Shown: one piece after another, positions 29,423-40,360 of the stretch
How the letters are laid out: each line of letters opens with the position of its first letter
Numbering within the stretch: position 1 is the first letter of the stretch
Program-made: the position numbers and the translations under genes
From: a phage
DNA: 64,000 nucleotides
Direction: 5' to 3' (one strand)
Assembly: GCA_024613925.1 (NCBI GenBank)
Contig: GCA_024613925.1_4713.1
Notes under the pieces: generated by a model
Database searches by the model: none
What the model was told of the DNA's origin: nothing
The model's input: only the letters and a program-made list of their open reading frames with translations

Positions 29423-31591
29423 TTAGCTTTCGCAGTCATCTGCGTCGATGATTTGTCCGCCAGCAACGTTCAGTTGATGATACAGAATCCTCAACGCACG
29501 GTTGCCGCCAATTGGATACTTCTCGAAGTTGGTCGCAATAGGAATCGCTGACGGTTTATCGGTCGCATAGATGCTTTCAGTGATGCTATCCACCTGTTTT
29601 GGATTGTTCGCATAATCCATAAAGACGCTTGCGAACCATCCGCCAGCAAAGGCGGTAACTTCGCGATGCTCAGATTCACCACAGTAACGAGTTGGTTGCT
29701 CTTTACCCGGAGAACTGTATTTATCGCTATTACTGAGTTTCGACGGTAATCCGTGCGCTTGCAGTTTAGGAATACCCACCGCTGACCAATCGTTCGCCGT
29801 CTTCTCCAGCATCATGATGTACGTGTCACCGATCGCAATATCGTTCTTGGTTGTCCGCCACTGCCCGGAACGCCCACGATACCGTACAGGACCTTTCTTC
29901 AACGGGAACTCACGAATCAGATTCTCCATACGTTCTGAACCTGCTGCGATACTGTCCGTCGGGATATAAACTTCCGTACCGTGGCGTTGTACGTACCGTA
30001 AATGATCCCATTTATCCTCATCCGTGATACAGTATTTTTCAACAACCTGTTCCACGAATTCAGGACTGACGATATAGTAGTAGCGCATCAGTGTGTTCCA
30101 AGCGGTCTCCAGATCGCCTGCATCCATCACCGGTTTCAGTTCACGCATGATCTGATCACCAACGCCGTTGATGTACGGTGCGTTAACACGACTTAAACTC
30201 ATCCTTTTGATTACCGTACTATCGTCGAACATGAAGTCCGCAACATTACCCCATTGGTCAACCGGCATTTCATCGTCTTCCATGATGTCGGTTACAACGA
30301 ATTTATCACCCGCCATACCGGTGAATTTAAACCCGATACCTGGAACAACGTCATACGTGTACGTGATGGTCACACGCCAATCATCGAGATTCTCTTTGCG
30401 GTAATCGCGGGTCGGTAGCACATGACGTAGCTGTCCGTTGGGATTGCGGATATCAATACCATGTTCAGCATCAGCCAGGTTCAACCACCACATCACCGTT
30501 TGATGATGACGTATCGGCGTACCAACGCGTTCACGTTCGTACTTACGAACAGCATCCTGAATTCGGGTGTAAAGCAAACCGATCGCGTTCTCGTATTTCA
30601 GGAATTGACGATACGGAGGACGCATCTTCTCTTCCATCATAATCGCACGCTCGCGGGCTTGACGTCCAGAACGACGATGTCGATCGCTGACAACATCGAT
30701 ATCCGTTACACGCGCATTCGGTTCCGCGTAAGTGAGATCATCGTAAACATAATCCACACGCTGAAGGTTACACGTCATCATGTCAACAACGCTGAGGATA
30801 GGATCGATTTCGCGTGTTGCTGCAAGCAACCCATCTTTACGAATACGCTCGCCGTTCTCGGGTATTGCTTGGTATACTTCGTCATCACCGTAGAGATTGA
30901 TTGGGTATCGCGATTTACCTGACGTGATTGTTCGCTTCTCAATACCTGTGCTGGTGAAATGCTTCAATACACCACGACGGGCAACGCCACCATCTTCAAT
31001 ACATTGGTAGAAGCTACCGAAACACACCTTGCAATCGCGACCGTAACCCCACTCACGTGTTTCTTGATTGATCGCTGGGCTTTCCATCAAACGAGAATAT
31101 CGCGGTACGATCTGGCCTCGACGGAGGGAATGGAACAAGTTGGTTGGTCGAAAACGGAAACCGTACTGCTGATGCATGATGTGATGCTCAGGCACTTCAA
31201 GCAAGCGTAGCTCGTGACGGTTACCATCCTCTTGGTTTTCGTACAGCACGTAATGCATCGTGTTTGTTTTGATGCTGTTTGCTGTATGCCCCGGTTGGAA
31301 ACGTGGGATGATATCTATGATGCGAGATTCGACTGGAAACTCTACTGACCACGTGTTCTGTCCGTACTGGTATTCGATCCCCGTCGTCAGTCGGGACGGT
31401 TTCGCATCTTTGATAACCAACGCTTGGCTAAGATGTCCACCAAACATCGCAGCGCGCTGTGCTGAGTTATAATGCAATAGCCCGTTAAGTCCAGTCCCTA
31501 CGCCAGTATACTCCTGTTTAATGGGAATGATTTTACCTTCAGCGATTGCCTGCTTCACAGATTCATAAAGAGGTTTTTCTTTATAATGCAT
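29423..31591 (-). CDS. RNA polymerase beta subunit (C-terminal two-thirds homolog)
   Basis: [36 protein letters not shown] resembles E. coli beta [50 protein letters not shown] resembles GGQRFGEMEVWALEAYG. Track ORF reaches 31756; start moved to Met56 (31591, AGGAAG upstream) to clear the divergent plus gene. Confidence 0.65.
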   Translation of the reverse strand: [722 protein letters not shown]

Positions 31592-31622
31592 AGGACTTCC
31601 TATTATCGAATTGAGGTACGTC

Positions 31623-31976
31623 ATGTCTAACACGCCCCTGAACGACTTTCTTAAGACAAACCCCGATGACCTCATCCACGATCTTGATTTCAGGAACGTT
31701 GTTGAGATGCATCTGGAATATTTCAAAAATGCCGGACTGGTCTCTACGATAGACATACCACCCGAACGTGCCTACGAATTCGATGGTAACTTTTATGGAT
31801 TGTGCCGTGTTCTGCTCGGTGAGGGCAGTGAACCAATGCACTGGATAACCATGAGACTCAATGGCTATCGTGACCCCACGGAATACACCGCCGATGTTCT
31901 AACCATGAAGATTGTCGATACAAGCGCAATCAACACATTAAAACAACAGTACCGCACAATCCACTACAGCGCTTAA
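31623..31976 (+). CDS. hypothetical protein
   Basis: 117 aa from ATG 31623 (GAGGT upstream); track lists a TTG start at 31611. Confidence 0.5.
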   Translation: MSNTPLNDFLKTNPDDLIHDLDFRNVVEMHLEYFKNAGLVSTIDIPPERAYEFDGNFYGLCRVLLGEGSEPMHWITMRLNGYRDPTEYTADVLTMKIVDTSAINTLKQQYRTIHYSA

Positions 31977-31981
31977 GATAA

Positions 31982-32010
31982 CCCTCCCACAGCGTAAAGC
32001 GTAGGGAGGG
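31982..32010. terminator. hairpin ccctccc / gggaggg between convergent genes
   Basis: 7-bp stem, 15-nt loop. Confidence 0.5.
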
Positions 32011-32041
32011 CATTTATGCCGTCGTTCGATGACTTAATACA

Positions 32042-33322
32042 TCAGAAACGATTTACAGTACGTCCTGTCCACGCGCTCAGGATGTTGTTACGTTCCATCT
32101 CAGCACGACGACGTAAACCGTTTGGCGACTGCGGTGCTTGCGGCATCCCCCATCCAGCCGGTTGCATACCCATGCCCGGCCAAGCAGCGTTATTGAACAT
32201 CGTACCGTTACGTTCCGCAACACGGTTCATCAACGCATCAAACGTGCTATTACCTGCCGGTTGGTTACCGCCACTTTCCCACTGATTAGGTTGGACAGGT
32301 GCGGTTTTACCTAACAGGTTATCGATCACACTGCTTGTTGCAGCAGGACGCGGTTGCATACCTTCATGTGCGGCTGCTGATGGATTTGGCTTAACCGTCG
32401 GCTGTGGACGACTGTTCAGCGTTACACCCATGTTGTATTTCGCTGGCGGAATTTGACCACGATGTTGGTTAATCGGTTCAAAATCCTCGACCCAGGTAAC
32501 ATCACAATAACCGTTTTCTTTACCGTCGTACTTATCACCAAACAGTTTGATAAGATTGTTCAGCGGTTCCATCAGCTTCGCGAAGCTGTGGATAAGACAA
32601 TCGAAATACGGAGCATGAGGATCGCTTGACCCAGCATTGTACGTTTCGCTTACTTCACCCGCATGCGGGATAACGTACTCGACCAGGTTTCTCAGCATGT
32701 TAAGATCTTTCTTGGAAATCTCAACACCACACCAGTACGTTTTCTTATCTTTCGTGCTGATGTGTTCTTCTTCCATGAACGGGAAAGTAACGACCGCAAC
32801 GCGAGTCATCTTCTTACCCATGTAGGTTGCACCAGTACGACGAAGATAGATTTTGGACAGCGTATACGGCGTGTCGCGTTTCAGCCAAACAGTGACCAGT
32901 TTACCCAGGGTCGTTAATGTTTTATCGCTGGCGTCCGCAAGGATGTTGAAGAACTCTTTTTGCTTCGGTCCGAAACGTTTTGCTTCTTTAGGATTGATTG
33001 CGGTTTCAACCATCCAAATCAGCATGGAGCATAGCGTGGCGTTAAAACGAACAACCATCGCACGACGCAGGAACTGAAGTACTTCCGATTCGCCGTTCAT
33101 CACGTCTTCACTTAGCGGATGGAACAGCACGCGTTCAGCCAGCTGATTTCCGGTACGAACTTCGGAAACCGGCATCAGCAACGGCATGCTTTCCACGGTA
33201 GCGGCAACCGCAACAACTTTACCATCCCCATCCGTAAAACGATATTCTAATTCGTGGGCGTCATTCTCAAAATAGTTAACGCTCTGTAGTGCTTTGCGAT
33301 AAGCTTCGATAAGCTTCGACAT
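32042..33322 (-). CDS. hypothetical protein with C-terminal low-complexity (P/Q/G/N/M-rich) region
   Basis: 426 aa; last about 120 aa compositionally biased. Confidence 0.55.
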   Translation of the reverse strand: MSKLIEAYRKALQSVNYFENDAHELEYRFTDGDGKVVAVAATVESMPLLMPVSEVRTGNQLAERVLFHPLSEDVMNGESEVLQFLRRAMVVRFNATLCSMLIWMVETAINPKEAKRFGPKQKEFFNILADASDKTLTTLGKLVTVWLKRDTPYTLSKIYLRRTGATYMGKKMTRVAVVTFPFMEEEHISTKDKKTYWCGVEISKKDLNMLRNLVEYVIPHAGEVSETYNAGSSDPHAPYFDCLIHSFAKLMEPLNNLIKLFGDKYDGKENGYCDVTWVEDFEPINQHRGQIPPAKYNMGVTLNSRPQPTVKPNPSAAAHEGMQPRPAATSSVIDNLLGKTAPVQPNQWESGGNQPAGNSTFDALMNRVAERNGTMFNNAAWPGMGMQPAGWGMPQAPQSPNGLRRRAEMERNNILSAWTGRTVNRF

Positions 33323-33349
33323 ATTGTATTTCCTTTTCTTTACGTCAAC

Positions 33350-33371
33350 GGTCCCCCTACAACAGGGGACC
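33350..33371 (-). terminator. hairpin ggtcccc-ctacaaca-ggggacc
   Basis: 7-bp stem after stop of 33378..34964. Confidence 0.45.
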
Positions 33372-33377
33372 TATGGA

Positions 33378-34964
33378 TTAGAAGTTGCCTTTGGTAGTTA
33401 CCGCATCCACCAGGTTAAACAAATCAACGCTCAGCTTGTACACCTCCTGCTGGCTACGGTTGAGCAGCGGGCTGTATGCAGATGGGTTGATGTTCGGCAT
33501 GGTGTACGGAATCGGTGCAGAACCGTCAACGCTGATCTTGAACTGGCTGTCCAGGAACAGGTTAATCGCGCCGCTCACCATAACCGCATTCGGGTTGTTA
33601 CCCAACATGGAGGGTAGGATATTGGTAATCATGTCAGAACGCATTTGTTCAGCAGCACGGTTACAATCGTATCCTTTAATGAACGGTACAGCGTCGGTAA
33701 CCGCAACAGCCCACTGACCAGGCATGATACCGAGTTCTGGGTGACCGTGGTTGTCAGCAATGAAACGGAACGACTCCAACATGCGATACGTCATCGCAGC
33801 AGGCATCATTGCAGCAAGCGATGAACAGTACAGCGTTGGATAATCGATCACGTCCCAGCTCTGGCTGTCGGTCGGCATCCAACCAAACTCGGTGGTTGCT
33901 GACGTACCGCGACGAGCTTCCACATACGGGAATAACGTTAAGACATCACGGATATGTTCACCAAACATCCGTTTCATGTCAGCCCAACTCAGGCTACCGC
34001 TGAAAGCGAATCCTTCATCACGCATAATCGCACCGAATACCGGATGTGCAACCAGCGGTTCTTCACGAACAGCTTGAGCAGCTTCTACGTAAATATCCTC
34101 GTTCTCTGCGCTACCTGGATGAGACCCGCTTTCGTACGTCTGACGAATAGCTCCAACATTATCGAAGGCTTTTCTTAGATAGATGGTTGGGATGTTCGTA
34201 TCAGCACTAGCTGGTTTGATTTTCTCCGTTGCGAAACACATTGCTGCTTCCACACCACGGAAAACCGGTTCCGGCTGCGGCGGATAGGATGTACGATGAA
34301 CCACGTCAGCGTAGGCGGGATCGAACTGTTGCATCACGTTCTGCATGGCTGGGTCCATGAACTGGTTATCAAAACCACCATTGCCTACCCAACGTGCTGT
34401 TGATGCATAAGTCAGCGTATCCTGAACACGAGTACTGAACTGAACATCACGATTAACAGGGTCGTATGCACCGGTCAACAGGTTCGTTGCATCCATCGGG
34501 GTTGCACGAACGATTTGCTTACCGAACATATCCGTTGTGGTTGTTTCGGTTACCTGGATTACGTTCGTGAAGAAGAACACCAGTTCATTCGGCAGATCGA
34601 TAGCACGCGTTGTAAACGCATCGAGGCTTACAGAATGGTCGGTGTATCCAGAAATGTAATGGACACGCTTGGTTCCTGGTGCGAGGGCCAAGGATTCTTC
34701 TACCGCCATCATGAAATGGAAACGGCGTGTACCCCAACCATTTGCAATCTCCGAAACCCCCTCAGGTTCTGCAGACTGTTGTAACAAACCGGTTGCAAGC
34801 TTGTTGATTGCTGATGGTGTTGTTGCCGTACCGAACCGCGTCGTGTTAATGAAGTCTTCGATGCTACGCATGCTATCTGCGTGGAATCGTAGCGGACGAC
34901 GTTGTACGTTGTTGTACGGTGCGGTTTCAACCATCAGTATTTCACGAACATTCATCGGGATCAT
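33378..34964 (-). CDS. hypothetical protein
   Basis: 528-aa ORF; no motif recognised. Confidence 0.5.
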   Translation of the reverse strand: MIPMNVREILMVETAPYNNVQRRPLRFHADSMRSIEDFINTTRFGTATTPSAINKLATGLLQQSAEPEGVSEIANGWGTRRFHFMMAVEESLALAPGTKRVHYISGYTDHSVSLDAFTTRAIDLPNELVFFFTNVIQVTETTTTDMFGKQIVRATPMDATNLLTGAYDPVNRDVQFSTRVQDTLTYASTARWVGNGGFDNQFMDPAMQNVMQQFDPAYADVVHRTSYPPQPEPVFRGVEAAMCFATEKIKPASADTNIPTIYLRKAFDNVGAIRQTYESGSHPGSAENEDIYVEAAQAVREEPLVAHPVFGAIMRDEGFAFSGSLSWADMKRMFGEHIRDVLTLFPYVEARRGTSATTEFGWMPTDSQSWDVIDYPTLYCSSLAAMMPAAMTYRMLESFRFIADNHGHPELGIMPGQWAVAVTDAVPFIKGYDCNRAAEQMRSDMITNILPSMLGNNPNAVMVSGAINLFLDSQFKISVDGSAPIPYTMPNINPSAYSPLLNRSQQEVYKLSVDLFNLVDAVTTKGNF

Positions 34965-34965
34965 T

Positions 34966-36552
34966 TTATTTTTTTCCTCTTAAATTTACTACGTGTTCAT
35001 TTAATCGAACAACTAATTGCACAAGCTGCTGACGGATATCTGCTGGACAAAGCATCAATCCCTTACGGTCAGCTGGGACTTTCTCAAGGATTTCCGGGCC
35101 TGCTGCTGAAACATCCCAGTCCCATTCACAAAACGCATCGGCCACCATGTTAATACCGACAACCGGTAAAGTTGTACGTTCATCTTCATACATGGCGTGT
35201 GGATACAATTTATTGACAGTAATGATCTCCTGTGGTTTTAATTGGTGGATAATCTGATAAACATCGTCACGTTTAACCTGGATGCCTACGGTCAGCGCTG
35301 CCAGTTGAGGAAAACCCCAATGGTCTAATAAGCAAGCTGCAATCGCTAACGCTTTTGCCTGATGCACGGCTTCAATCGGTGCCAGACTTCTCGCCGGAAG
35401 ATGGCTATCAAGCAACCATTGTGCCAGTGCTCGGCATCCACGGTTGATTGGTTTTAACTCAACGGTGTCATCATGTTTAGCGTACGTGTATCCGTCGTAA
35501 CGTTTTGCGATACGCGCATACATGTCTTCAACTTTACCGTAAGGTGCTGTTTCGTCGACGTCGTGCAACACACGTTCCATCTGGGTAAGATACGCGATAT
35601 CAAGAATGAGTACACGCGGTGAACGTTTATCTTTCACCATCAACGCATCAATCACGCCTTGACTGTCTTCATCTTGCGCGTTCCCTCGTGGGGTTTTCTC
35701 ACGAATCGGTCCACTGAAACGTCGTTCCGTACAAAGGTTATTCACATAGCTAAAGATCAGTGTTACCAGATGCGTACAACTCACCAACACCCCATCTTTA
35801 ACGACAGGCTGTACGGCTTGGTCCAAGTCGCGTACGGCGAGACGACGGACGATGGCTTGTGAACGCAACCAACCGGGCACTTTCTCCGTCGACATGTAAT
35901 CCACGGTCATCGACAGCGTGATCTTTTTATCACCCGTCTGTGCGCGGATATAATCTTCCAGTCGGTCGTAAGCGGCGATATCATGAATGCGTGTTTTATA
36001 CATCAACGACATAGCCACTTCTTCTTTACGGACTGTCCCGTACGTTTTCCCTGCGTCAATCAGAAACTCTGCCCAAATCGGCACCATCAGACGGACGTAG
36101 ATCGCTAACGCCGTTAACTCAACGTAATCATTTCGTAAATAGGTTTTCTCAGGTATGTCATCCTCACCTAATGTTGTTTTCATGTCCGGTGGTAATTTTA
36201 CCCAACCTGGGGTATTACACAACGCCAGAATCTCTTCATACACAACCGGTTTGTAAATTTCACCAACAGCGCGACTCAACTCCTCCATTTGTTGTTGTGG
36301 AGCAATGTAGTTATCCATCGCTTCACGTGCTTTAACGAACCCTTCGAAGATGTCGTCAATTCGACGTGGGTTCTTTTGTTCTATCCAGGCGAGATACTTG
36401 TTAATCTCCCGCATCTGATTACTAGCCATATCCCCATCGATCTTGATATAACCCTGACCTGAAAATTCCACAGTACGTCCATCACGGTGTTTGATGAGGT
36501 AGTGATCCAGCTTTTCTTTTCCTTGCGTCGTAATGACGGGCACTATGTGCAT
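34966..36552 (-). CDS. hypothetical protein
   Basis: Track ORF reaches 36687; start moved to MHIVPV (36552, AGAGGT 6 nt upstream). Confidence 0.5.
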   Translation of the reverse strand: MHIVPVITTQGKEKLDHYLIKHRDGRTVEFSGQGYIKIDGDMASNQMREINKYLAWIEQKNPRRIDDIFEGFVKAREAMDNYIAPQQQMEELSRAVGEIYKPVVYEEILALCNTPGWVKLPPDMKTTLGEDDIPEKTYLRNDYVELTALAIYVRLMVPIWAEFLIDAGKTYGTVRKEEVAMSLMYKTRIHDIAAYDRLEDYIRAQTGDKKITLSMTVDYMSTEKVPGWLRSQAIVRRLAVRDLDQAVQPVVKDGVLVSCTHLVTLIFSYVNNLCTERRFSGPIREKTPRGNAQDEDSQGVIDALMVKDKRSPRVLILDIAYLTQMERVLHDVDETAPYGKVEDMYARIAKRYDGYTYAKHDDTVELKPINRGCRALAQWLLDSHLPARSLAPIEAVHQAKALAIAACLLDHWGFPQLAALTVGIQVKRDDVYQIIHQLKPQEIITVNKLYPHAMYEDERTTLPVVGINMVADAFCEWDWDVSAAGPEILEKVPADRKGLMLCPADIRQQLVQLVVRLNEHVVNLRGKK

Positions 36553-36601
36553 AACAACCTCTTTTCGCGGTTCCCTGTTAAAACGTCTTCTGTGACGTCT
36601 A

Positions 36602-36626
36602 CCACAAAGGTAATATAAGCGTGAAT
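36602..36626 (-). promoter_or_regulatory. conserved promoter-like motif (variant ...GGTAATATAAGCGTGAAT on plus strand)
   Basis: Fourth copy of the 25-nt motif, 50 nt upstream of the revised start 36552. Confidence 0.4.
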
Positions 36627-36756
36627 AATTTTGGATTCCGGCTGAGTTATCGCTCAGCATGCAAGGCATCCCGCCGAAGCGAGACACCTTGCACTAACGG
36701 AAAATATTCGCGTTACCTTCTGAATCGGAGACTCAGAATGCGATGCTAAAGCATGA

Positions 36757-37545
36757 TTAGAACGCTAAGCCATCAAAGGCTACGGACGGATCATCGTCGT
36801 CATTTGCGCTTGGCGCATCCCAACGGGTATCAGGGGCCGCTGAAGCCGAACTTGATGCGTTAGAGTTACCGTTGTACTGGCCGTTACCAGCATTACGGTT
36901 ACCGCCGCCGTTGTTATTGTTACGGTTATAGCTATTGTTGCCATTACTTACGCTACGGCTTTCACCGTCGAAATTGGTTGCGAGGATGCTCGGCAACACC
37001 GCACGATGAATACGTACAAATTCCAACGCACAGAGCGGAGAAACAACCCCGATCTGTAAAGGTTGACCGGACTCATCAACCAGAGCGTGGAAACGCGGTG
37101 GCTTGAATACGAATTGGATGTTCGGTTTTTGGTACGCGGTTACAGCGATATATACCGAACCATCATCGTTCTTACCAACCCATGTTGTACTTTCGGTAAC
37201 CTGTTTCTTCTTACCTGGGTTATTGCGATCGTCGATAACCTTTTCGTTCTTCATCGCAAAACGTTGGCCTGGTTTACCCTTAGCAACCTGCTCGAGGATC
37301 GCAAGCAGGTTATAGAACGCGTATGAGCTCATGCGTGCCCAAATGCTTTCAGCGCGACCCTGCTGGTCTTTACGACCAGTGTAAACCGTGATACGCGGTT
37401 GATTCTTAGCAACGCTAATTTTCAATGAGGGGATTGAATTACCGCCCTCAACCTTTTCGTCCGCCCACAGTTTCCAGTTGTTGTCGTCATACGCTGTAGG
37501 AATAATGTTTCCTTGTGGTTTACTGCCCGAATTCCAATTGCTCAT
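36757..37545 (-). CDS. possible single-stranded DNA-binding protein
   Basis: 262 aa; N/G-rich linker then acidic tail (...NDDDDPSVAFDGLAF), an SSB-like architecture. Inferred from composition only. Confidence 0.35.
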   Translation of the reverse strand: MSNWNSGSKPQGNIIPTAYDDNNWKLWADEKVEGGNSIPSLKISVAKNQPRITVYTGRKDQQGRAESIWARMSSYAFYNLLAILEQVAKGKPGQRFAMKNEKVIDDRNNPGKKKQVTESTTWVGKNDDGSVYIAVTAYQKPNIQFVFKPPRFHALVDESGQPLQIGVVSPLCALEFVRIHRAVLPSILATNFDGESRSVSNGNNSYNRNNNNGGGNRNAGNGQYNGNSNASSSASAAPDTRWDAPSANDDDDPSVAFDGLAF

Positions 37546-37618
37546 TTTCAGCCTCGTTACGTAGTGTGAATCAATTTCTGGTTCAGATGATAGTCAATAT
37601 TAGTTAAAAATTACAGCC

Positions 37619-38452
37619 TCAGCGGAACATGTCCAACAGAAAACGTTTTGCGAAGGGGTCACGTAACTGGTTGACACCAAAGCGTGTACGGTCTTCCGTT
37701 GTTAGTGGATTCCATTGACTCTGTTTCGCAAGATCTAATAGCATCCTTTTTATTTTCACCGGCCCACTGTTGAACTGTACGGCTTGGTCACCGAACGTTC
37801 CCAATGTCATCTTTGTAAATGGAAGGTTCGCAACCTCTGGACGATCCCCACCAGTAAGTTTGGTTGACCACTGATGTTTTCGTTTCAAAGTTCCGGTATG
37901 GCTTTCTACCAAAATAAGTTCACCAAAACCGGTTCTTGCCAACAAGTCAGAAACATAGTGCGTGGTGATATACGATGTCTTGGTTATCGCGGGTAATTTA
38001 CAATCCATCGATTCGATATTAGGGAGTCGATCTACAGACGCCATCAACCCACGATAAAGTGTAGCGAGTCCTTTTTGTTTTTCGGTGTGTGGCTCCTTAT
38101 GTATAGCGTGCGGATAAACACGCTTTATTGACGCATAGGTTGGCGCATATATCCGCAAGCGAATATGGGGAACGAGTTCATTCACCAGCTGCCTTAGCTG
38201 TAGTAACTCGTTTTGAAAATCCCCTGTTATCATCGATAATGGTAATTTATGTTGTTCAACGTCTTCAAAGCTTTCAACGAAATTGCGTGCTAAAGTACGC
38301 AGGTTGAACAACCAATCCATCGGTGTTTCTGGCTGTTGCTGTACGGCTGATAATGTTGCAGACGTACCTACCGATAAAGGATAATCACCTAACGTGCGGG
38401 CGTACATATTGCTCATACCCCACAACTCCTTCTTATCATGGCAACGTATCAA
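37619..38452 (-). CDS. hypothetical protein
   Basis: 277-aa ORF. Confidence 0.5.
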   Translation of the reverse strand: MIRCHDKKELWGMSNMYARTLGDYPLSVGTSATLSAVQQQPETPMDWLFNLRTLARNFVESFEDVEQHKLPLSMITGDFQNELLQLRQLVNELVPHIRLRIYAPTYASIKRVYPHAIHKEPHTEKQKGLATLYRGLMASVDRLPNIESMDCKLPAITKTSYITTHYVSDLLARTGFGELILVESHTGTLKRKHQWSTKLTGGDRPEVANLPFTKMTLGTFGDQAVQFNSGPVKIKRMLLDLAKQSQWNPLTTEDRTRFGVNQLRDPFAKRFLLDMFR

Positions 38453-39578
38453 GCCAAGCAGAAACCTTTAAGGCATCAACGTTCGGGTATTTGTTACGAA
38501 TGCGTTCGACCAACAAACGCTTAACGTTGTCCTTTGTCAAGTCTCCACCTTTCTCGATAACGTTATTGACAAAACTGTTCTTTAATAGCGACTGGTTGTT
38601 CTTGGCGTCCGTTTTAATTGACCAGACAAAACCTGGATACAAAGAAGGGATAGAACGAAACGTTTTCGCCGCATCGTCTTCCTTATCACAGCGTATTCGG
38701 ATATGATCACCCTTCTTCAATGGAGCCAATTCCCGTTCCAACACGCGAATGATTTCATCTCCAACAAGACCATGCAGTTTTATCGTCTTGTAGACATCTG
38801 CTTTCTTGTTTTCAACAAATTCCCACTGGTCGTTAAACGTTTCCGTTAACATATAACGGAGGTATCCCTTCGGACCTTCTTCGCCGTGCGCCAAGCGACC
38901 AAATGAACCGCCAACCATGATACGTCCTTTCTGGGATTGTAAGTGGATATGTCCGCTCACAATCCATCCCTGGGTCTTCTCCACCATTGCGTTATACGCA
39001 TCGCTGCTATGAACACATGTTGCTTTTAACGCTTCTGGTGGAAGTTGATATTCAAACGCACCGTGCATCAGAATAAAGTCCGGCGATCCCTTCTCATCAA
39101 TAAGTCGGTTCACGGCCGACAACGTCACATCCGGGTCGTGGCTGTAGTTATCTGGAAGATAAAGTACTTTTAAACCAAAGTCTTCATCAACCATGCAGAG
39201 GTCATCGTAATAACGAACTTTCGCTCCTATCTCCATGACCTCGTTCTGTTCAACGAACCACTGACTTTGCTTCTGGTCGTGTAAATTGGTACCCTCAAGA
39301 AAGATCAATGTAATATCGTGTTTTCTCGCATACCGTAACAACCAGGTACCCCAGGCACGAACAGCAACCACGTCACTCGTCACAAATGTCGTAATACGAT
39401 CGAAGACATCGCCGCTGAACGTAATCACATCAAGCAGCGCAGGATCTTCTTTTGTAATGTAGTAACGTAGCTGACTAATCAGGTTTACTGTCGGCGTTTG
39501 ACGATGGATAAAGTGAATATCCGACAAGTTGATTCCACGTAATACCCCAGGCGTTTTATTTCGACTGAAGTCTCGCAT
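38436..39578 (-). CDS. Mre11/SbcD-like metallophosphoesterase
   Basis: 380 aa; ordered motifs LSDIHF, FSGDVFDR, GTNLHD, LMHGAFE, SGHIHLQ. Confidence 0.55.
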   Translation of the reverse strand: MRDFSRNKTPGVLRGINLSDIHFIHRQTPTVNLISQLRYYITKEDPALLDVITFSGDVFDRITTFVTSDVVAVRAWGTWLLRYARKHDITLIFLEGTNLHDQKQSQWFVEQNEVMEIGAKVRYYDDLCMVDEDFGLKVLYLPDNYSHDPDVTLSAVNRLIDEKGSPDFILMHGAFEYQLPPEALKATCVHSSDAYNAMVEKTQGWIVSGHIHLQSQKGRIMVGGSFGRLAHGEEGPKGYLRYMLTETFNDQWEFVENKKADVYKTIKLHGLVGDEIIRVLERELAPLKKGDHIRIRCDKEDDAAKTFRSIPSLYPGFVWSIKTDAKNNQSLLKNSFVNNVIEKGGDLTKDNVKRLLVERIRNKYPNVDALKVSAWLDTLP

Positions 39579-40360
39579 CAGAATTCCTCTAAGTTGCTGC
39601 TGCTAATAGTCCCCGTCGTAGACGGCACGTTTCTACTGCTTGCCGACGCTGTTGTTGAAGAAGTTCTGGCCAGATTCAATCCGTTTAATAACCCACGCTC
39701 TTTTACCGTACGACGTGAACCATCACGAACGTCGTAAAGGGGTACGTTATAATGGTCAAAAATCCGAAGCCATTGCACGTAATCAGCGACAACATGGTCT
39801 TTGCTTTCATTCGGGGCAAAGCGATCAAGCTGGTGGTCGACGTAAGCTTTAGCGCTTTCAGGATTGAAGTTATACTGTCGACGTGCTTTGTCCACCATCG
39901 CGAGGAAACATGTATTGGGGTCACGATTGATGTATGAACGCGTCCTGATAAAGATAGCCGGTACCGTAAACAGAACCTTGTTGTTATTCCCATCAGCAAC
40001 AATGTTAACGGCACGATGCGGTTGACCTGCTATCTTGCACCAATCGTGAACAATGGTACTGTTACTCAGCATCTCCGCGTATTCAGGATCCTGCGAAAAC
40101 ATTCCTGCGAACGGATACAAGAAATGTTTAACAAACAGCGATTCAGGCAGAATGTTGGGACGCGTCATCTCCTGTAAACCTTTTCGTAGAAGCTCGCTGT
40201 TGTCTACCAGCTCCTGCCACATATCCGGTCTTGTTTTCGGGATGGACGGGTCCTGAGCACGACGAATGCGTTCTTCTTCATTTACAACCACTACCCCAGC
40301 CGGATACCCCAATAAATCCGTTCCTTCGCTAACGTTGCTGTTAGTTTGGCGCGCCTTCAT
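39578..40360 (-). CDS. hypothetical protein
   Basis: 260-aa ORF. Confidence 0.5.
   Translation of the reverse strand: MKARQTNSNVSEGTDLLGYPAGVVVVNEEERIRRAQDPSIPKTRPDMWQELVDNSELLRKGLQEMTRPNILPESLFVKHFLYPFAGMFSQDPEYAEMLSNSTIVHDWCKIAGQPHRAVNIVADGNNNKVLFTVPAIFIRTRSYINRDPNTCFLAMVDKARRQYNFNPESAKAYVDHQLDRFAPNESKDHVVADYVQWLRIFDHYNVPLYDVRDGSRRTVKERGLLNGLNLARTSSTTASASSRNVPSTTGTISSSNLEEF

Noticed and set aside
31581-31841. 86-aa minus-strand ORF and the 5' extension of the beta ORF to 31756
   Set aside because: Both overlap the plus-strand gene 31623..31976 on the opposite strand; the beta gene has a good ribosome-binding site at Met56 (31591).
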